From Bacteroidales bacterium (lineage in GTDB: Bacteria; Bacteroidota; Bacteroidia; Bacteroidales; WCHB1-69): a DNA stretch of 64,000 nt. The stretch is taken from positions 50,024-114,023 of the forward strand of contig JAILCI010000024.1 of NCBI GenBank assembly GCA_024686335.1. Reading direction: 5' to 3'. The notes under the pieces were generated by a model. It made no database searches. It was not told the DNA's origin and was given only the letters and a program-made list of their open reading frames with translations. Positions 62,146 to 64,000 of this stretch are shown here, piece after piece. Both the position numbers and the translations under genes were made by a program. The first letter of the stretch is position 1. Each line of letters begins with the position of its first letter.

Positions 62146-64000
62146 TAGTATCCTCCGTTCCACTTTCTTAAGAACCATTCGATACCGAGGAGAAGCAGGA
62201 TGGCGGCTAAGTACCATGGGGAACTGAGCAGCATCTTGTAACGCTTCTTGTAGGTGGCGATGGTCTTGATATTCTCATTTGCCTTGATAGCTTTGGCGAC
62301 CTCTTTCATCTGATCTTTTGTGAAGAACTGGCCGTTGGTGGCAGTAGAGATGCTCTTCAACAAATCGTGGTCTGCGATAAGATTGGATGTCTCCAACATG
62401 ACCTCTTCAACGGTGAACTGTCCGCTCTTGGACAACTTTTTGTTGCCAACTTGCGTGCTGGCAGTCCATTGATATGTGCCTGTCGGAATCGCACCCATAT
62501 TCAGATAGTAGCCGTTGTTCTGTTTGGAGAATTGGGCATCGTATGTGGTGTCGCCATGGCCTTTGATGCTCATCTTGACATCAGGTTCGTTGATGGCTTC
62601 GTAGCTGTCGTTGTATAACTCGGCAGTGAACTCAACATCGCTATTCTCGCGGAAGACCTGAGCATGCTGTACACGGAATTGGCTCTTGTCAGTACGCGAT
62701 GCAAGATAGAGTGCACTTTTGTCTATGATTTCGTTAAATGCGTCGTGGTTCTCTTTATACATGAAATCATATAGTTTCCATGTCCAGAAACCGGAACCGG
62801 TAATGACACCACTGCGAACTCCGTTGTGCTCGTTAAAGACGATGAGTGGGTATTTGGTGTCAACACCACTGACTTTCTGATAGAGGAACACATTGGCAGA
62901 TACTGCCGTTTTGTATGTGCCGAAAATGGTCTTGACTGGTGGAAAACGGTTCAACAGTTGTCGCGTCTCTTCCGAAAAAGAGAAACTGGTGAAGTTGTCG
63001 TTATAGACAGGTGTCGCCTGGTTTGTCAAGGCCTTGGATTGTGTGATGGACACGCCGGCGTTCATCCCATTGAAACTGTTAAGATCACTCTTGGGTCCTA
63101 ATATGTAAAGTGTGGAGATGCCTCCTTTACGAATTTGAGACAAGAGATTGGCAGCTGATTGTCCTATAGCGGGCAATTGGTGTAGGATGAAAAGGCTGTA
63201 GTCGGAAGGAGTACCCTTAAATTCGTCGATGGAGGAGACGGTAACGTCGTAGTTGTCGGTGAGTTCCAATGCCTCTTTGATAGCAGCCACATCCGGGTTG
63301 GGTGACTGATAAACGATAGCAATTTTGTCACGCTCTTCGATAACTTCCACGTAAAACTTGGTGTGGTTGTTTTTGTAGGTGACTTCGCCCTCTAGCTCGG
63401 TCAGATCTACGGTGTAGGCGTGGAGGCCCGACTGCTTGGCTTCGATACTGAGTTTGACAGTCTCAAAATACTGTTTCCCACTGATCTGGATGGTCTTCTT
63501 CATGATTTCCTGTCCTTTTTCAGAGACGGTCAGTTCAGCACGTTTGCCAGCCAGTTTATTGGCTGCAACCTTGATCTCCACGGGGAAGAAGTTGCCCTTG
63601 AGGGCCTGTTTGTTATAGTCGATGTCGGCAAGGAGAAGGTCGGTGCTGAGATCCGTGCTGCCTAGACCGACAGTGTAGACGGGGTATTTCACCTTCTCGG
63701 CTTTGTAATAAGGGTTGGCGCCGGTGTTGTAGATGCCATCGCTGAGCATGACGACAGCGCCCACATTGCGGTTGGCATACAGCATCTCCATCTCTTCAAA
63801 GAGGGAGGAGAGGTTGGTGGACTTGTCTGTCAGCGGCAATTGCAAAGCCTCGTTCTCGGGGATGAGGCGGTTCTCGTCGCCCACCAGATAGGTCTTGACC
63901 TCATATTGTGAGCCGATGTCGGAGATCAATTCGCCCACGCGGGCAGCGTAGTCGTTGATGTAGAAGTTGGAGTCGGGCGCAGCGCGCAATGACTCGCTGT
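62145..64000 (-). CDS. Large vWA-like/membrane-anchored protein, C-terminal part (frame open past the right edge)
   Basis: At least 614 aa. VGAVVMLSDGIYNTG is a vWA/MIDAS-region-like motif. The C-terminal TM anchor is WYLAAILLLLGIEWFLRKW. It is adjacent to a DUF4159 gene, as in Bacteroidota aerotolerance-type clusters. Confidence 0.6.
   Translation of the reverse strand, partial: SESLRAAPDSNFYINDYAARVGELISDIGSQYEVKTYLVGDENRLIPENEALQLPLTDKSTNLSSLFEEMEMLYANRNVGAVVMLSDGIYNTGANPYYKAEKVKYPVYTVGLGSTDLSTDLLLADIDYNKQALKGNFFPVEIKVAANKLAGKRAELTVSEKGQEIMKKTIQISGKQYFETVKLSIEAKQSGLHAYTVDLTELEGEVTYKNNHTKFYVEVIEERDKIAIVYQSPNPDVAAIKEALELTDNYDVTVSSIDEFKGTPSDYSLFILHQLPAIGQSAANLLSQIRKGGISTLYILGPKSDLNSFNGMNAGVSITQSKALTNQATPVYNDNFTSFSFSEETRQLLNRFPPVKTIFGTYKTAVSANVFLYQKVSGVDTKYPLIVFNEHNGVRSGVITGSGFWTWKLYDFMYKENHDAFNEIIDKSALYLASRTDKSQFRVQHAQVFRENSDVEFTAELYNDSYEAINEPDVKMSIKGHGDTTYDAQFSKQNNGYYLNMGAIPTGTYQWTASTQVGNKKLSKSGQFTVEEVMLETSNLIADHDLLKSISTATNGQFFTKDQMKEVAKAIKANENIKTIATYKKRYKMLLSSPWYLAAILLLLGIEWFLRKWNGGY

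Overview
This window looks like a chromosomal segment from a Bacteroidota genome, probably Bacteroidales and Prevotella/Segatella-like. That placement is inferred from gene content, the many TAnnTTTG -7 promoter boxes and a T9SS type-B sorting domain; no database was consulted. The core genes are fabG, aroE, dedA-like, gdhA, CaCA antiporter, MscS-like channel, yitT, maf, yraN, rnpB (RNase P RNA), dnaN, dnaB, a trmH-like gene, tatA/tatC, kamD/kamE, GH3, atpH-atpA-atpG and pyrE. Three visibly AT-rich accessory islands interrupt them.

- **Island A (1 to ~8500):** a defence-type neighbourhood. It holds a partial P-loop ATPase, a WYL regulator, a divergent SF1 helicase with a nuclease insert and zinc ribbon, a UDG-fold protein, an XRE-ImmA/IrrE-PIN triad with an operator-like inverted repeat, a secreted coiled-coil protein and a GNAT fragment.
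- **Island B (~20000-24100):** a compact minus-strand cluster. Two proteins share an unassigned ~100-aa N-terminal module, and one of them ends in a glycine-zipper TM hairpin. They bracket a DUF6884-like gene and a DEDDh exonuclease, with a separately promoted GIY-YIG nuclease alongside. This is my best candidate for an undescribed conflict system.
- **Island C (~48540-55290):** a decayed mobile-DNA zone. It holds a chimeric IS21/IS5 transposase remnant, a duplicated lipocalin-like lipoprotein cassette, a truncated primase-like fragment coupled to a DUF4143 ATPase, and iteron-like repeats.

The intergenic space is unusually rich in structured repeats:

- a composite palindrome family (GAGACGTTCCATGGAACGTCTC + TACAAAGTGACCCCGCAC + 8-mer tandem arrays, about 7 copies);
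- a CGCAGAT/GTTCGCTGCGCTCAC family;
- a 17-mer GGAGCAAACTGCGTC family;
- strings of GC-rich mini-hairpins, including a 183-nt nested-stem element;
- a 298-bp structured repeat present twice, with a compensatory base-pair change between copies.

No CRISPR array, tRNA or rRNA was seen. All family assignments come from reading motifs by eye and need HMM or structure searches to confirm.
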